A stretch of DNA of 64,000 bases from Massalongia carnosa. Its lineage: Eukaryota. The position numbers and the translations under genes are program-made. The DNA is taken from positions 372,001 to 436,000 of the forward strand of contig OZ287070.1 in the NCBI GenBank assembly GCA_965645245.1, written 5' to 3'. Under the pieces are notes generated by a model that searched no databases, was not told the origin of the DNA, and saw only the letters and a list, made by a program, of their open reading frames with translations. Positions 26,038 through 39,460 of the stretch are shown here, one piece after another; the first letter of the stretch is position 1, and each line of letters opens with the position of its first letter.

Positions 26038-28561
26038 TCAGCTCATACCCTGCGCCTCTAGCTCCTGAGCGCTCGCTAGGCTGTAAGAGGGCAAATCCAC
26101 CAAGCCGTCGAGCATCCAATTCAGCGGATCCCAGATCTCGTAGTTGGCTTCACTGAAGGCGTTGCTCGGGCCGGGCGTGATCACGTCTGTCATGACGGCC
26201 GAAGGTGCGAGGCTGGGGTCGGCGACCGAACTTGCGGAACTCTCCATGGCGGAATCAGGGTTTGTGGGGTTGTTGAGTGCAGCTGTTTTAGTTTTTCGTC
26301 TCAGCATATCTACAGTTGCGAAAAACTTATAGCCTGGGAAACATACATTCTAGACTCCCCCGTCCTTGTGCTTGGAACTCTTCGCGCCATCGCCACACTG
26401 AATCGTAGACAAGGCTCATGCTCATGCGGCACTTGACCTTCAACTGCAGAGAACTATCCCCCCCCGCATTGCTTTCGCTGCGAGGAACCTTCATCCCCGA
26501 TCCGCCGCCTCTCCACAACTGAACGAGGACTTCCGCTAAGCGGCTTGGGAGATCGTTTGGGCTGACGCTAATAGACCTGATGGCCCAGATTGTACGATTG
26601 AACAACTGTCGGCCATATTCCAGGTCAATCTGGTCGGCGAAGAAGCTGTTCAGAAGCTTGAGCAACGTAAATCCCGCGGCGATAATCATCTGCAGAATGT
26701 AATTCGTGGCGTAAACGAGAACCCCGCCAGCGGATGTCTGGAGGTTGAATGCACACTTAAGAAACGAGATGGTCGCAAGCCAAAGGGCGAGAAGGTCCAT
26801 ATTGTAATCCTTTGAGGCAGGGGATTCAAAGAAGGCCGAGAGACGAAGATGCAATCCGGCGGCTCGCAAATACAATCCATCGATGGCTGTGAAGTCAGCA
26901 TTTGGAAATGCGGATCCGCTGACATACGCTCGAGAGAGGGTTGAAATGTAGCAATGTAAAATCAGACATGACGATGACCACAGGGTGCTCCAGATTCAGA
27001 ATAATTCGTAGTAGACATACATGAGATCTCCGATCCTAGCTTCTCCTCTATATCTTCAAAGTCTCGGGCGAGGAAGGCTGTCAAAACAGATCGCTGTGCA
27101 TCACCAACTAGACCTACTGGATCAAGGCGATTCGAGTACAGCCCTTTGATAACTTTGTTACAAAATCTCTCAATCAAAAGCCTCCGCTCTACGGCTGGGG
27201 AAAGTCCGAAGGTTACGTCATTCGATCCCAAAGGACAAAGGGTCCAGTCGTAGACTGTCGATGGAGGCTGGCCATAACCCGTAGCAACGCTGCCAAACAG
27301 ATTAGCGCTCTCGATCCCAACGAACAAGTAGAGGACGCGTACCGTTGAGCAACAGTATTGCACGCAGCCCATGTTCTCACGCGGTCTTTCAGCTCTTCTT
27401 CTCTCAGCTCCACTTTGAACTTGGTAAAGTCTTGCGCATGGGAAGGCCGGTGGAGGCCAATCTGCAAGGCGATTTGCATCATCAAGCCGCTGAGCATGAA
27501 AGTGGGGTCGGATGATGTACTACTGATTGGCAACGGCCAAGTGCAAAGCAGGCACATTGCTTGGACCACGATATAGCTTTGTGGGACATCGGCAAGCGTG
27601 GCCCAAAGCAAGCGACTCAGAGGTCCAGAGATTGAGGTCATTAGAGTTGGTTCAGTCCCATACCGCCTGGCGGCCACAGCGATAGTCGTCCAGAAGAGAA
27701 GAGGAGATGCCTCGTAGTAATCGTCGGAAGTCTTTGTAGGATCAAGGAGCGGAAGAAAGGGATGGTAAACCAAGAAGAAACTATGCATTCACATCAACCA
27801 TCAAATACGATTGCCAAAGTAGGCGACTTACTGTTCGAACAAATCGCGAACCTGGTCGTAAAGGAGAAAAACATTCTCAAGGCGCCGAGAAGGGAGAAGC
27901 TGCGAGTTTGGACTCCGTAAGAAGGATCCTCCCTCCAGCCCAGATCTCAGATCCAGCAAAGACGCAACGGCATCCTCGGAGCCCATGTACTGATCCAAGT
28001 TGGACTGCAGGTGTGTTGTCGATGGGCTCACCGGCGTGCTTATCGACGCTTTTATGGACGGTGGCTGCGTCGTGGGCGATGCCTGCTGACTCGCCAGCTG
28101 CCTTCGAAGCTCGACAATCTCCCGCTCCATCTCGGCATTCTTACTACGCTTTCCCACGCGCTTGAAGTTGGATTCAATTTTGCAGTCCAGATTGAGGCGT
28201 TGACATCGTCCACAGGCCAAGTACGATGGCTCTTGAATCACATCACACCGAAGCTGTTGAGCCAAACGTGAGCATCCCCCTCCCCTTTGGCGGTCGAATG
28301 ACTCACTTTCTGTTGCCGACACTCGTTGCATGCCCTCTTTACGCCTGGCTGCCTTCGGCGCTCTTCGTTGCCATCGGCTTCACCATCCCCGCTTCCAGGT
28401 GAGCTGTAGAGCCCCGCAGTCTCCAGCGTTCGTTTCCTGCCTCTCTCCGCGCCTGTCTTCAGGCTCACCGGGCTACTCACGGGGCTCTTATGCTCGACAA
28501 CCCCCGCACTAACCCCATTGCTCCTCGCAAGACCCGACGCAGCAATTGGCAGCCCGTTCAT
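26038..28561 (-). CDS. LEU3: Zn(II)2Cys6 transcription factor, Leu3/LeuB-like, multi-exon
   Basis: KRACNECRQQK|LRCDVIQEPSYLACGRCQRLNLDCKIESNFKRVGKRSKNAEMEREI, a fungal TF middle-homology region (FFLVYHPFLPLLDP; ALQIGLHRP), LQLKVKCRMSMSLVYDSVWRWREEF and an acidic aromatic C-terminus. Confidence 0.82.
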
Positions 28562-29696
28562 GAATCCGAGCGATTTGGTGTAACCATCAAGCAGCGCTCC
28601 GACATCGCTGCGTGGCTGATGAAAGCTCGGATGGCGGAAGAATTGACGATGTTAATGGAGCGGAAAAGGTCCGCGAACCGAGAACGGAGAACGCGGGGCA
28701 TTGTCTTGGCATGGCCCGGTGTGGCCCACGTGAACCGTACTCGTACATGTAAAACCCTATCACCTAATTCCATACTCCATACTAAACCTAAACCCTAACC
28801 ACTAACCACGAACAACATCTGAACCTCAGCTCTCATTCCCTCTAATGTCTCCCTCCCCTGACGGACCCCTTAAAACTACCCAACTATCCCCCCAAACCCC
28901 ATCATCTCACTCCCAACACCCTACCTTCCCCTCTGCCCTCCATCTCGCAAAACCAAGCCCCGACGAGCCCAAATGCAAAGGTACGCTCCCCCACTTCTCC
29001 ACGTGAGTTTTCGCCCTCGTATGTATGAAGCTTTTATCGTGACAGGAAGATATATAGCCTTCCTAAGAATTTGACTGAACCGGTGTAAATAGTGGTGGTG
29101 TTTGATTCAAGCCGGGTGGCGATGCCGTTCTTAAATCCGGGTGCTGGGGGGCGCACGATGTAGGGAGGGGCTGGTGTCATGGAAGAATGGGTCGTAAGAG
29201 GAGTTTCAAGCTTCGTTGTCAGCGACCTGGTTGACTTATAGCTTAGCTTTTATGTCCTCTAAGCTCATGAATTTGAACTGTTACAAATGCAATGAGGAAA
29301 ATTGAGCAAAAATAAACCCTTCCAAAGCGTCTTCGTTAAGTTATCTTTGATTAAAACGCATGCAACAGCTTAACAAGTTTCGTAATTATTCCACCTTATA
29401 TACGGATCCATTTCCCGCATCGTAAATTCGGTACATCTGCATCGGAGCTTCGTGCATTAGCGCTTCATAGTCATTTCATCCAAGTTTTCCTTTTTCACAT
29501 ATCGTAAAAGACGTCGTCGCAAATCGCTCTCGAAGATCTTGTTCTCTCGCCTCTTCAATCATACCATACTTCGTAAGTCCCATGAGTCTCATCATACCGA
29601 GTCCGATCCTAGCAAGTCCAGACCTCGTGGGGTCCCCATACTCATCTCCCCCTTAAGGTGAAATCCAAAATATTTACTGGCTTCCCACGCGAAAGA

Positions 29697-32558
29697 TTAC
29701 CGCCTCAAATCGTCCATGCCTCCACTCATCAGTCCACCACTTCCTACTTTCACGACCCCAATGCTCCCTCTTAATTTTTCCCTCACGCGCTCTCTTCTGC
29801 TCTCCTCCCGCTTCACCTTAGCCTTCTCCATTCTCTCCGCCAAACCTTTGAGCCCAACAAAGTGCACCCGGTACCCAAGCCGTGGCATCATCGCTCCGGC
29901 ACGCTTCCTCTCTGGCGGTAGAAACTCATAGCTGCGGTTGTTGTCTAGTGACGTAAACGCTCGCCGCTGATGTGGCGGCATGTGTTGCTGATAGTCGTCT
30001 GATCGCGAGCGTGTGTGAGTCCGACCATGATCTTGCTGACGACGATTGTTGTTTTTCTGGCTGAAAGGTCCTGTGATACGTCTCGTGAGGGAAATGGAGC
30101 GAGAAAGAGCGCGACCGTTGGGTGATTGTGAGTTGGGGTTCTTGTGAAGCACCGGATTCTCCAGGCCTGAAGATTCTCCAACCAGAAATCCAGAATTGCC
30201 AAAGTCGCTGTCCGAGTCGCTACTGGTGTCGGAGAGATCATCCCAAAAGCCCCGAGGGCGCCAAAATGGATGAAGTTTGCCATCTGGATCGTCACCAACA
30301 GAAGGGCGGCGGGTGGTAGGCGTGTGCCGCCGGGATAGAGAGCGGGTTATTGGGGTGATGAACGACTCTGAGTAGCGACGGGCGCTGAGGGCGCGTTTCA
30401 TCATGGAAATCGGACCGCTTGGACGAGTCTTATCCGCGGTGGAAGGAGCCTTTCCCGAAGCAGTTTCATCGGTGGGAGGGGCGTTTGCAGGGGTTGGGGG
30501 GATTATTTTGAAATCGGGGGGTTGTGGGGGATCGCGCGGGTGCTTGAGAGGGGAGTCTAGTGGTCGTCGGGATTGATGAATGATAGCAGGTGCAATGGGG
30601 ACAGGAAGCGCAATATTGGCATTTCCAGCGATGATGGCAGAGTGGCCCGCTGGCTCGTTAGAATCGCCACGCGACATTTGCTGAATTACAAGAATTGATT
30701 TGTTGGTGTGGGGATAGATGCTGATGGCCGTTGCCTCATTAACCTCAAGCGTACCTGGCGTAGACGAATGGACGGAACGCAGGGAGAACGGCGTGACGAG
30801 AGCAGAACGAGGCCGCAAAGCAGACCACTCTCCTGCAACAGCTCGATCAAGGTTCATACCTTGAATCTCCAAGGGTTCCGAAAGGTGAAGCACGGGTTGC
30901 GGCTGCCATTGCTGGCTTTGGGTTGAAACAATACTTGCAGACGGCACAGATAGTATTTCTGAGATTTGGTTGGTTGCTAATTCAAGCGGACTAGGACTTG
31001 GAGAAACAGTCGCAGGCGGAGTTCCCTTGTTGCTTTGATCCAGATATTTTGCCGGGGCAGCCGATGGTATTATGGCTGATACTATTCGGCGTTCCCTCTG
31101 AGGCAAATCAAAATAACCAACTGCCTCTTCTGGCGCCGTAGTGGGCCTTGGTAACTGCTGTCGATGAGAAGTAAGTGACATGGTCCTTGAAGCAGTACTT
31201 GTTACGGGAGCAGAAGATTTGAGGGAAGATCTTCGTTGAGGGATCACAATTACCGGCACAGAATCCTGCCGCACCTTGGCGAGGCTGGAAGTCATGCTCC
31301 CTGATGCATCCGTAGCGGTGCTCCTTCGTTGTTCCCGATCTGGGGTTATAGCACTGCGTGGTAGCCGTCGACGGGTTGAGCTAGTTGAGATCATGGAACT
31401 ACGATTCGAATGATTTGCTTGAGAAATTTCAGAATTCAAACCTGAGATCTTGCCCGTATGTCGTAATGTTTGCCGTCGCTGAGGTGGTTTAGCAATCACC
31501 ATGGCTTCCACCACTGTTGATGTTGTTGAGATCTGAGAAAATCGTTTGTTATCCACCTCACGCAATTTAGCATCAATGTCGATGTCTTCCTCTTTCAGCG
31601 GCCATTCGATCTGTTGAGCAAATCTCTCTGTCGATGCGCTGATAATTTGCTGGCCTCTTTCCACGCGTTGCCGCAAACTCAAAGATCTCGCCAGCAACGA
31701 CGGGTAATCTTCACCAAGTTTGGGGGACCGTGGAAGTGGATGCGAAGATATGCGTTGACGGTTTGGAAGTCTTTTCCGTCGCACATTGATATGGCCTAGA
31801 CCGTGATCCCCGTCTTTAACGGCAACGCCGTCGGAGTCGTTACCTTCTACGGGAGATGAAGCGTTGAAATCCTCGATATTGTACATCTTATGTGCATGTT
31901 TCGATGTCGTTTCTGTAGGAGTAGGGTCCTCATCTTCCGATTCCAACCCAAGGCCTAGACCAATCTCCCTCAACTTTGTATCTCTCAGCCATTTTTGACG
32001 TGCGGGGCGCAACGAAGGAGAGGTCACTTCCAGACTCTCTTCATCGGACGAGAGATTTTCTCGAGCCGTCTTGAATGATTCCGTGCGCAGAGACGGTTCG
32101 CGAGAAGCCGAGGGAGGGGCCAAAGCATGAATCCCACCATGCACTCTTGGCGGCGTCTTTTCTGGTGTTGGCAGGCTTCGTTGGATTATTGGCGTAACTT
32201 TGCCGTTCTCACCATTTCTATAATGACCGATAGCCGATCGACCTGCAACGATCCTATCCTCAATCCATTTCTCATCCTCATGGTCCATCATATTTATGGG
32301 TGGAGTCAGCGGTAAATCATGGTCGGGAGCGGCATGAGGCGGCGATGGTTCTGGTATCCATGATCTAATCTTTTGCGATGATTTGTACGAGTCTTGATCC
32401 ACTCCATGAATTTGGGTTTGCTCAAGCCCTAACGAATGAGACAGCGTTCTCCCGCCGGTGTGGATCTTCCTACGAGGAAAGGTCTTGTGAGCTTTGAACA
32501 ATGCGAAGTTAGGGGACTCGAATATTTCCTTGGATGCTGTAAGATCTCTGCCAGGCAT
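29697..32558 (-). CDS. Uncharacterised 953-aa Ser/Pro/Arg-rich, largely disordered protein, single exon
   Basis: Long uninterrupted ORF with short motif-like islands (LPLTPP, SFKTARE, LEVNEATAISIYPHTNKSIL, KLHPFWRPRGFWDD). Confidence 0.85.
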   Translation of the reverse strand: MPGRDLTASKEIFESPNFALFKAHKTFPRRKIHTGGRTLSHSLGLEQTQIHGVDQDSYKSSQKIRSWIPEPSPPHAAPDHDLPLTPPINMMDHEDEKWIEDRIVAGRSAIGHYRNGENGKVTPIIQRSLPTPEKTPPRVHGGIHALAPPSASREPSLRTESFKTARENLSSDEESLEVTSPSLRPARQKWLRDTKLREIGLGLGLESEDEDPTPTETTSKHAHKMYNIEDFNASSPVEGNDSDGVAVKDGDHGLGHINVRRKRLPNRQRISSHPLPRSPKLGEDYPSLLARSLSLRQRVERGQQIISASTERFAQQIEWPLKEEDIDIDAKLREVDNKRFSQISTTSTVVEAMVIAKPPQRRQTLRHTGKISGLNSEISQANHSNRSSMISTSSTRRRLPRSAITPDREQRRSTATDASGSMTSSLAKVRQDSVPVIVIPQRRSSLKSSAPVTSTASRTMSLTSHRQQLPRPTTAPEEAVGYFDLPQRERRIVSAIIPSAAPAKYLDQSNKGTPPATVSPSPSPLELATNQISEILSVPSASIVSTQSQQWQPQPVLHLSEPLEIQGMNLDRAVAGEWSALRPRSALVTPFSLRSVHSSTPGTLEVNEATAISIYPHTNKSILVIQQMSRGDSNEPAGHSAIIAGNANIALPVPIAPAIIHQSRRPLDSPLKHPRDPPQPPDFKIIPPTPANAPPTDETASGKAPSTADKTRPSGPISMMKRALSARRYSESFITPITRSLSRRHTPTTRRPSVGDDPDGKLHPFWRPRGFWDDLSDTSSDSDSDFGNSGFLVGESSGLENPVLHKNPNSQSPNGRALSRSISLTRRITGPFSQKNNNRRQQDHGRTHTRSRSDDYQQHMPPHQRRAFTSLDNNRSYEFLPPERKRAGAMMPRLGYRVHFVGLKGLAERMEKAKVKREESRRERVREKLRGSIGVVKVGSGGLMSGGMDDLRR

Positions 32559-35500
32559 GTCGATTTGAGAGTGCGGAACTGATCAGTTGATCTATGGAAA
32601 TCAACACCTAAAAGAGGGAGTAAGCGGTGTACGTCGCGAGATCCGGTATCACACGTGCGACACTCATATCAAGACCCCTGTTCTCATTGGCGTGGTTTTC
32701 GATGCTTCGGATTGTTTGAGCGAAACAGGGTCGCCCGTTTTAATTCGATGGACCGTCTGTGCTGATCGCGGTGGTACAACACCCGACCGACCGATGAGAT
32801 TGAAAAAATATCAATTTATGAGTTGGGATACATAACACTCTGTTGTTAGTACAGAAGCGGTCCAAGAGTTACGTATGCACAGAGCCTCGAATGGCACAAG
32901 GGTAAAGGAACAGGTCGGGGATGTTAGTCGCCACAACGTTAGAGTCGAGGAGAAGCGAAGTGTGTGCAGGTATACCAAAACATCAGGCTGCTTTCGTGAT
33001 CGTACGCTGCGCTTCCAGTAAATACACAGAACGGGAAGTTGGCCGTTAAGGGGTGGGAGGAATATGGGATAGAATGGAGGAGTTGTTTCGAGAATGCAGA
33101 CGAGAGATGATGTCTCGTCGTAATTGCGACGCTAAGAATAGCCGCCGGACCAACCATCAAATCACCTTCGAACCCTTCTTAGGGTAACGAAAACTTGGTA
33201 CTCGTCTCCGTAACCCGTACTATGGTAACGTTACCTGGTGATCGCTTGACATATCAAAACACTCTGGTATCCCTTCATGGATACCTACCGACACACTTGT
33301 TCCTTCGTAGCTTTCAATTCGCTAGACTGTACGACTGACTAATGGGTCGGCTTACTGTCGGTGTTCCCTCGAGGCAATTCCGGATGGATACTACGGAATT
33401 AACTAGTGAAAATCTAACCTTGGAAGGTAAAGCAACTTATTCTGCTTTGTAGAAAATGTAAGGCAGTAACGATATTTCGGTGTACGCAAACCCTTCATTC
33501 ACTTGAGTCGACACAAATGGTTGTACTCGAATCAACACGCTACTAGAACGCAGCGAAAGGGTTAGCACTTCAGGGTCTTAACACATTAATCGGCCAAGCA
33601 GAATTCTAACTAAAGGCCACCGCTCTCACCTAGAAAATATTTTCCTTTATAAAATATCTTATTTATATTTTGTTATGTCTTCCAAAGATGTTCCTTCCCG
33701 GCAGAAAAGGCGCAGATTTACGTACACAGGCAGACAGGATAGCGTTACAGGCATCGTCTTTACCGCGCATCGCAGATGCTCCACGGAGTTAGCGCTGTTT
33801 CAGTAACAGATGTACAATCTAGGAACGTCAGCTTTCGAAGCTCTGGAAAGGCCTGGGACGGGGCACTATTGGACAAGTTTGTCCGATAGGAATGAGATGT
33901 CAGCTTCTGCTTCTGCTGTTCAGGCTCCGATCCTGGACTCCATCCCAACGGGAGAGGCATAAGTGATCGGACCCAGAGCGTCCAAAATTGCCAGGAACGC
34001 GGTAGCACCGGCGCTTGATTCCAGGAGAGTAAGGAACCTATTAAAGAAACTTAGTTAGGTGCAGATTGAAGGAAGCTAGCTACGGGAACTGTTTAGAGAA
34101 GTATCACCTTAAGGCTATATCTATTTAAACCGATTGAAGAATGTGATAAAGTTACGTGCGTGTTGCTGGATTTTCTTTGAGTCTGAACGGAAAGAGGTGA
34201 TTATTTGAAAAATCGTTGCACAAGGACGCGGGGTCCACTTCGTACTCGAAGAAATGGTCCGCTTTGATTTTGAAGATCAACTTGCTTGTTTCGTGTCCTT
34301 GCCTTGTTTTTAATTTGCCAATCTACCTATTCTTAGATGGATACCATGATGGACCGAGGGTTGATCCCTATCTACTTATCCGTATACCAAATCGGTCAGC
34401 TACTCGACATCGGTCCTTGGACAATGGTTCTTTCATTTCATTGTATTGGTGAGACCTTGGAAAAGGCAGCTGGAGAGGCCAATTGAAGGAATGGCCGAAG
34501 ACTTAACAAAACAGATGACTGGAACACAGCCGAATGGGTTTCTGGCTAGGTATCGGGGGGGGGGTAGCTGAATTATATCTCGCTTGGGTGAGATATTATA
34601 CTTATGTATAAGAAAATGGGTATATATGGTAATCCCCTATTCTCCTTGGTCAGGTTGGGTTTTGCTTTCACGAACAAAGATCCGGGCGCAGTACACATAT
34701 TTAATGGTTCGGTTCATACGTCAAATACAGAGCTTATTGGCGCATTACGAAATTTAAAGATAGCATAAAGGGTGTTAAAGAAAGGCTGGCAACTTTGCTA
34801 GGACTAGGTAACCGGGACATTTCTATGGCTAACATACCGACTTCACACTCAGTATCGCCCGGACTGGAGAATCTATTTGGTTCGCTTCCATGTGATTGGA
34901 GAGAGAACCGTAAAGTACCAGGTCACTCAGGTCTGCCACTTTAAACCCCATTTCCCCAATATCTTCCCGAAGCAGTTAAGTAGGGATTAAATATCAATCA
35001 TGTATCCACCTATCATTGCTGTTTCTAATTCGACGATAGGAAGGGGTTTAACAGGTGGCGCGGTACTTATAACTGGTAAAGGTGACCATAGCTCTCCGAG
35101 GTACTGCGCTAACAGTTAACACCTTACTAAGGTTGGCTTTGTTCTCATCGAATCAAGGGGCTCGAATCCTCCTGTCTTGACGAAGCTTGATGTCTCGAAG
35201 CACAAGGCAAACAAGCATCCCCTTTCTGCGATTGAATGATATTTAGAAAACGTCAAGTCCGATGGATGACTATTGGTTGTCACAATTTAACGAGATACCT
35301 ACCAAGATCAAATTTACCCCCATGAACCACATTTCGTGCGTAAAACGAGCCAAATTTTATACGCGAAAATGACGTATAAACCCCAATAAGGAATGTTTTC
35401 TGGACTTGAGAAAAGCTTGTTTTCACGGGCGTTGGCAAGATGTTGGTATGTGGGTTGTGTGGCCGGTATGTACTCCGTACGTAGGTAGTCACCGACGAAG

Positions 35501-36395
35501 CGTGTAGATGCTCCAGTACCCAGTACGAAGTACTTACCTGGCCACCCACCTATTCTTGCCGCCAGCATGTCAGTGATTGTTTTCAAGGACCTACAGATTG
35601 AACGGACATGTTGGATGCAAATCAGCTTGTAGATCCTTTTCATTCAAGCACTCCAGTGGATTTAATCAAGTCCAGTCAATGTACATAGTATCAATGAGCA
35701 AGGTTCTCGAGCATCTACCTGCATATGTCATCGTCATTCTGCATCCGATTCCGTGGCACGCTAACGTTAAACTCGATTCGGCGCTTTCAGCCACGCTCCA
35801 TGACGTCATTGGCGAAACTGTCAGAATCATCGTTTAACATCGTTTAACGTCGCACAATTATTCACACAATATCAAATCGCTTTCCAAGGTCCCGTAACAC
35901 TTGTTTGAAATCGACTCGTTGAATGCATGAGATCTGATCTTGGACAAATCACTATTGGATTGTCGGAAGGGAGTCGCTTCTGCAGGTTGGCTTAAGTATA
36001 CACACTCCCAGGAAAGTACCTATCTAGGTATTCATGACATAAGCGGTCTTTCCAGGTGTGGATATCCTGCCTGTTGATTTAGCAAGCGTGAGGGGGATTC
36101 ATCGTCATAATATATTGGCATCGGTCGATCTGTCATTGCGTCTTCCCCATATCACCCACAAGCCAATCCTAGCCGGAACGTTGGTTGACCTTGTCGGTAC
36201 TTCCCACATACCTACCACCACCTACATCTGCCTTTCGTGACTGCTCTACTCAACAGCATTCCCAAATTCCCCCCTCCCCCCCGCCACTCTCAACATTTAT
36301 CACGTGGCGTCATCAACATCCTCTGTCGCTCTCTATCCGTCCTGTGAGGCGCCTCCCCAGAGACCACTTCCCCGTACCAGATCCAGATACCCACA

Positions 36396-38714
36396 ATGTC
36401 GACTATTCAAAACTTGAAAAACTTCATTCGACATGGCAAGCAAGCCCGAGCTCCAAACCCTCCCCACGCGGATCCTACTACCAACGTCTCACCGATTCAT
36501 GCCCAACAACAGCGCTATCAACCACCAACACCCCACAACCAGTATCCTGTAAGTGATCTATACGTTCCGGATCATGGTGCTCTACAGGCTGGGATTCTTC
36601 CGGGGGGAGACCACTCAGCCGCAAACATCGATAATCGAAACGTTGCCGCACAGGCGGGAGCGAATGCTGCTCGAGCGGCGGGGGATAAGCAAGACAGGCA
36701 GCGAGCAGCCAAGGCTGGCGCAAACACCCGAGACCGAGAGCTGGATCCGACAGTGATTGAGCGGATTGTTGCCGAAGAAAGGGAAAGCCAAGGCAAATTA
36801 CCCAAGTATCCAGGACTGGAACGGTGGACTCTACTCGAAAAAATGGGCGATGGTGCATTCAGCAACGTATACCGGGCTAAGGACAATGCCGGTCAATCGG
36901 GAGAGGTCGCTATCAAGGTGGTCCGAAAGTTCGAGATGAACAATAGCCAGGTGAGTTCGAATTAGCCAGTTGGCAGAGATTTTTTCTGTTTGCCCGTGTC
37001 TCATGTATCCGTTCCATCCTCACTCCATCTCAAAGACCTGCCTAAGCTGCGAAGACTTTGCCGATACTGCGTCGTGATTAGGCCGATAACCATTTACACC
37101 CGGATTTTAAGAAGCAACCAAAGGTCGTTGAGGTGCGCATAGATCCTCCATTCGTACCACTTGACCGTGCTCTCTCTTGTTCTGAGTGATGATAACATGG
37201 TAAAGGCTGTACTGACGCAATATTCCATTACGACAGAGAGCAAACATTCTCAAAGAAGTCACGATCATGCGCCAGATTGACCACCCGAATATTGTTCAAT
37301 TGATTGATTTTTCGGAATCCCGCCAATACTATTATATAGTCCTTGAACTTTGTCCCGGAGGAGAGTTGTTCCATCAAATTGTGCGGTTAACATATTTCAG
37401 CGAGGAGTTAAGTCGGCATGTCATCGTTCAGGTTGCAGAGGCGCTGGAGTATCTTCATGAAGTTGGAGGCGTTGTTCATCGGTAAGCCTTTCTTTAGCCT
37501 CCCAATTTGTCACGCCATTTGGTTGGTTAATGGCTGGCAGCGACATCAAACCTGAAAACCTTCTGTTTTATCCGATTCCATTCATTCCTACGAGAAATCC
37601 CAAACCTAGGTCAGCCGAGGATGAAGACAAGGCCGATGAGGGTGAGTTTATCAAAGGCGTGGGGGCTGGAGGTATCGGAAAGATCAAGATTGCCGATTTT
37701 GGGCTTTCGAAGGTCATATGGGACAGCCAGACGATGACTCCATGTGGCACAGTTGGTTACACAGCGCCAGAGATTGTGAAAGACGAACGCTATTCTAAAA
37801 GCGTGGACATGTGGGCGCTAGGATGCGTGTTGTACACGCTATTATGTGGTTTCCCACCTTTCTATGACGAAAGCATCCAAGTTCTTACGGAAAAGGTGGC
37901 CCGTGGCCAATACACCTTTCTGTCCCCATGGTGGGACGACATCTCGAAATCCGCCCAGGACTTGGTATCGCACCTTTTAACGGTCGATCCTGATAAACGA
38001 TACTCTATCCAACAGTTTCTCAACCACCCCTGGATCAAGCAGTCAAACGAAGAAACATATGCTGCTGCTGACGCACCACCACTCGCAACCCCACTTTACA
38101 CGCGTCGGAAAGAGTATGGCTTCAGCTCGAAAATCGCCGATTTGACGCCTCAAGAAGGTTTATCAGCACAGTTCCTCGAAACCCCCGGCGGAGGCCAACG
38201 CCGCATGGATTTCCGCTCCCCAGGCGCCGTCAACTTGCGAGAAGTCTTCGACGTTAGCTATGCTGTTCACCGCCAAGAGGAGGAGGGCAAGCGTCGCAAA
38301 AACTTTCCCCATGGATACCGCGGCGCGGCCGCTATGAATGGCCTCAATCCCCTTAACGAGGACGACGATGATTACGAGTACGTAGAGGATGACGGGAAAA
38401 CTGAGTCGCAGAACCCACCTTCAAAGCTACCCATGCCTCAAGGCGGCGCCGCCGACGTCAGTGGCGTAGAGCAAAAAATGCGCACCACAAATCTCGGCCA
38501 GCCAAGCGCCGCAGCGCAGGCTCGCCAGGCGGCTGCGCCAAGGCAGCAGCAAGATCGGGGTTACGGGCAGCATAGCCCTGCCGTGGCGGCAGCGGCAAAG
38601 CAGCAGGTTCGGAAACATAGGGGTGCGTTTGAGCTGAGTTTAGACAACGCGACATTGCTCGGCCGGAGAGGCAAGCAAGATCCGAGTAAGTTGAGGGAGC
38701 AGGTCGTGCTGTAG
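36396..38714 (+). CDS. srk1: CAMK-family MAPK-activated protein kinase (Rck2/Srk1/SrkA-like), 4 exons
   Basis: MSTIQNLKNFIRHGKQAR N-terminus, KMGDGAFSNVY, VAIKVVRK, HRDIKPEN, DEGEFIKGVGAGGIG insert, DFG, TPCGTVGYTAPE and C-terminal FELSLDNATLLGRR. Confidence 0.94.
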
Positions 38715-39460
38715 GAACAAGGTAGGTATGGGGGTAGGGAGCTGTACGCTCCGGATGTTGAAGGATTTTCTTCTGCTGTTAGCTGGCATGAGAATCATGC
38801 ATGGATTGATATCTCCCTCCGCGCGCAAGTGTGATTTGGGATGTGATTCTGATGCGTGGAATTTTTGCTTATCGACCTTTCGCCCTACCTTCCCCATTCT
38901 CTGTAAAGTCCGAATCGTTCGGCTTCTGTCTGCACAGGTGCATCCACTGCCCGTTTCATTTCGAATATCGGATCGGTTCTTGTTGAGGTAAAATTGGAGA
39001 TTTCTGACCTCTAGAAACCTGCAAAGCTCTGTGGCGACTTGCGAAATAATGTTGTTGAAACCGATTGGTGTGTTTACTTTTATCAGCCAGGTAGGCAGCA
39101 ATGGAACCCCTTTTTTATTGTTCCCCGTTCAGCGTTGTAGTCTATGTACCGAGTCTGACGTACTAGATGTCAAACACTAATTACCCATTACCGCGAGTCT
39201 GCATCTCTACAGGGCTGTGATGGGCTACAGCGACGAGCAGGTTTGGGCAGGATTTCATCATTCTATTTGACCCGCATCTTAGATGCATATTCCTGCCTAC
39301 CTCGCTGCGTCATAGGGCATTCAAAAGAAGTAATTCGAGTTGGCTACTCGGCCATCCATTCTCCCATACTCTTTGTTCCCCAATCAGCCATTTTACTGTT
39401 TGGTTCCTATTCCACCGTTTTCTATCATCATCCTTTTCTGTTTTTCTCTCTCCGATACTA

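Noticed and set aside
33180..33240. Clustered GGTAAC/GTTACC motifs resembling an RFX X-box
   Set aside because: Only a partial consensus match, which cannot be supported without conservation data.
35130..35185. GGGGCTCGAATCCTCC resembling a tRNA T-arm
   Set aside because: No acceptor stem, D-arm or anticodon arm could be built around it.
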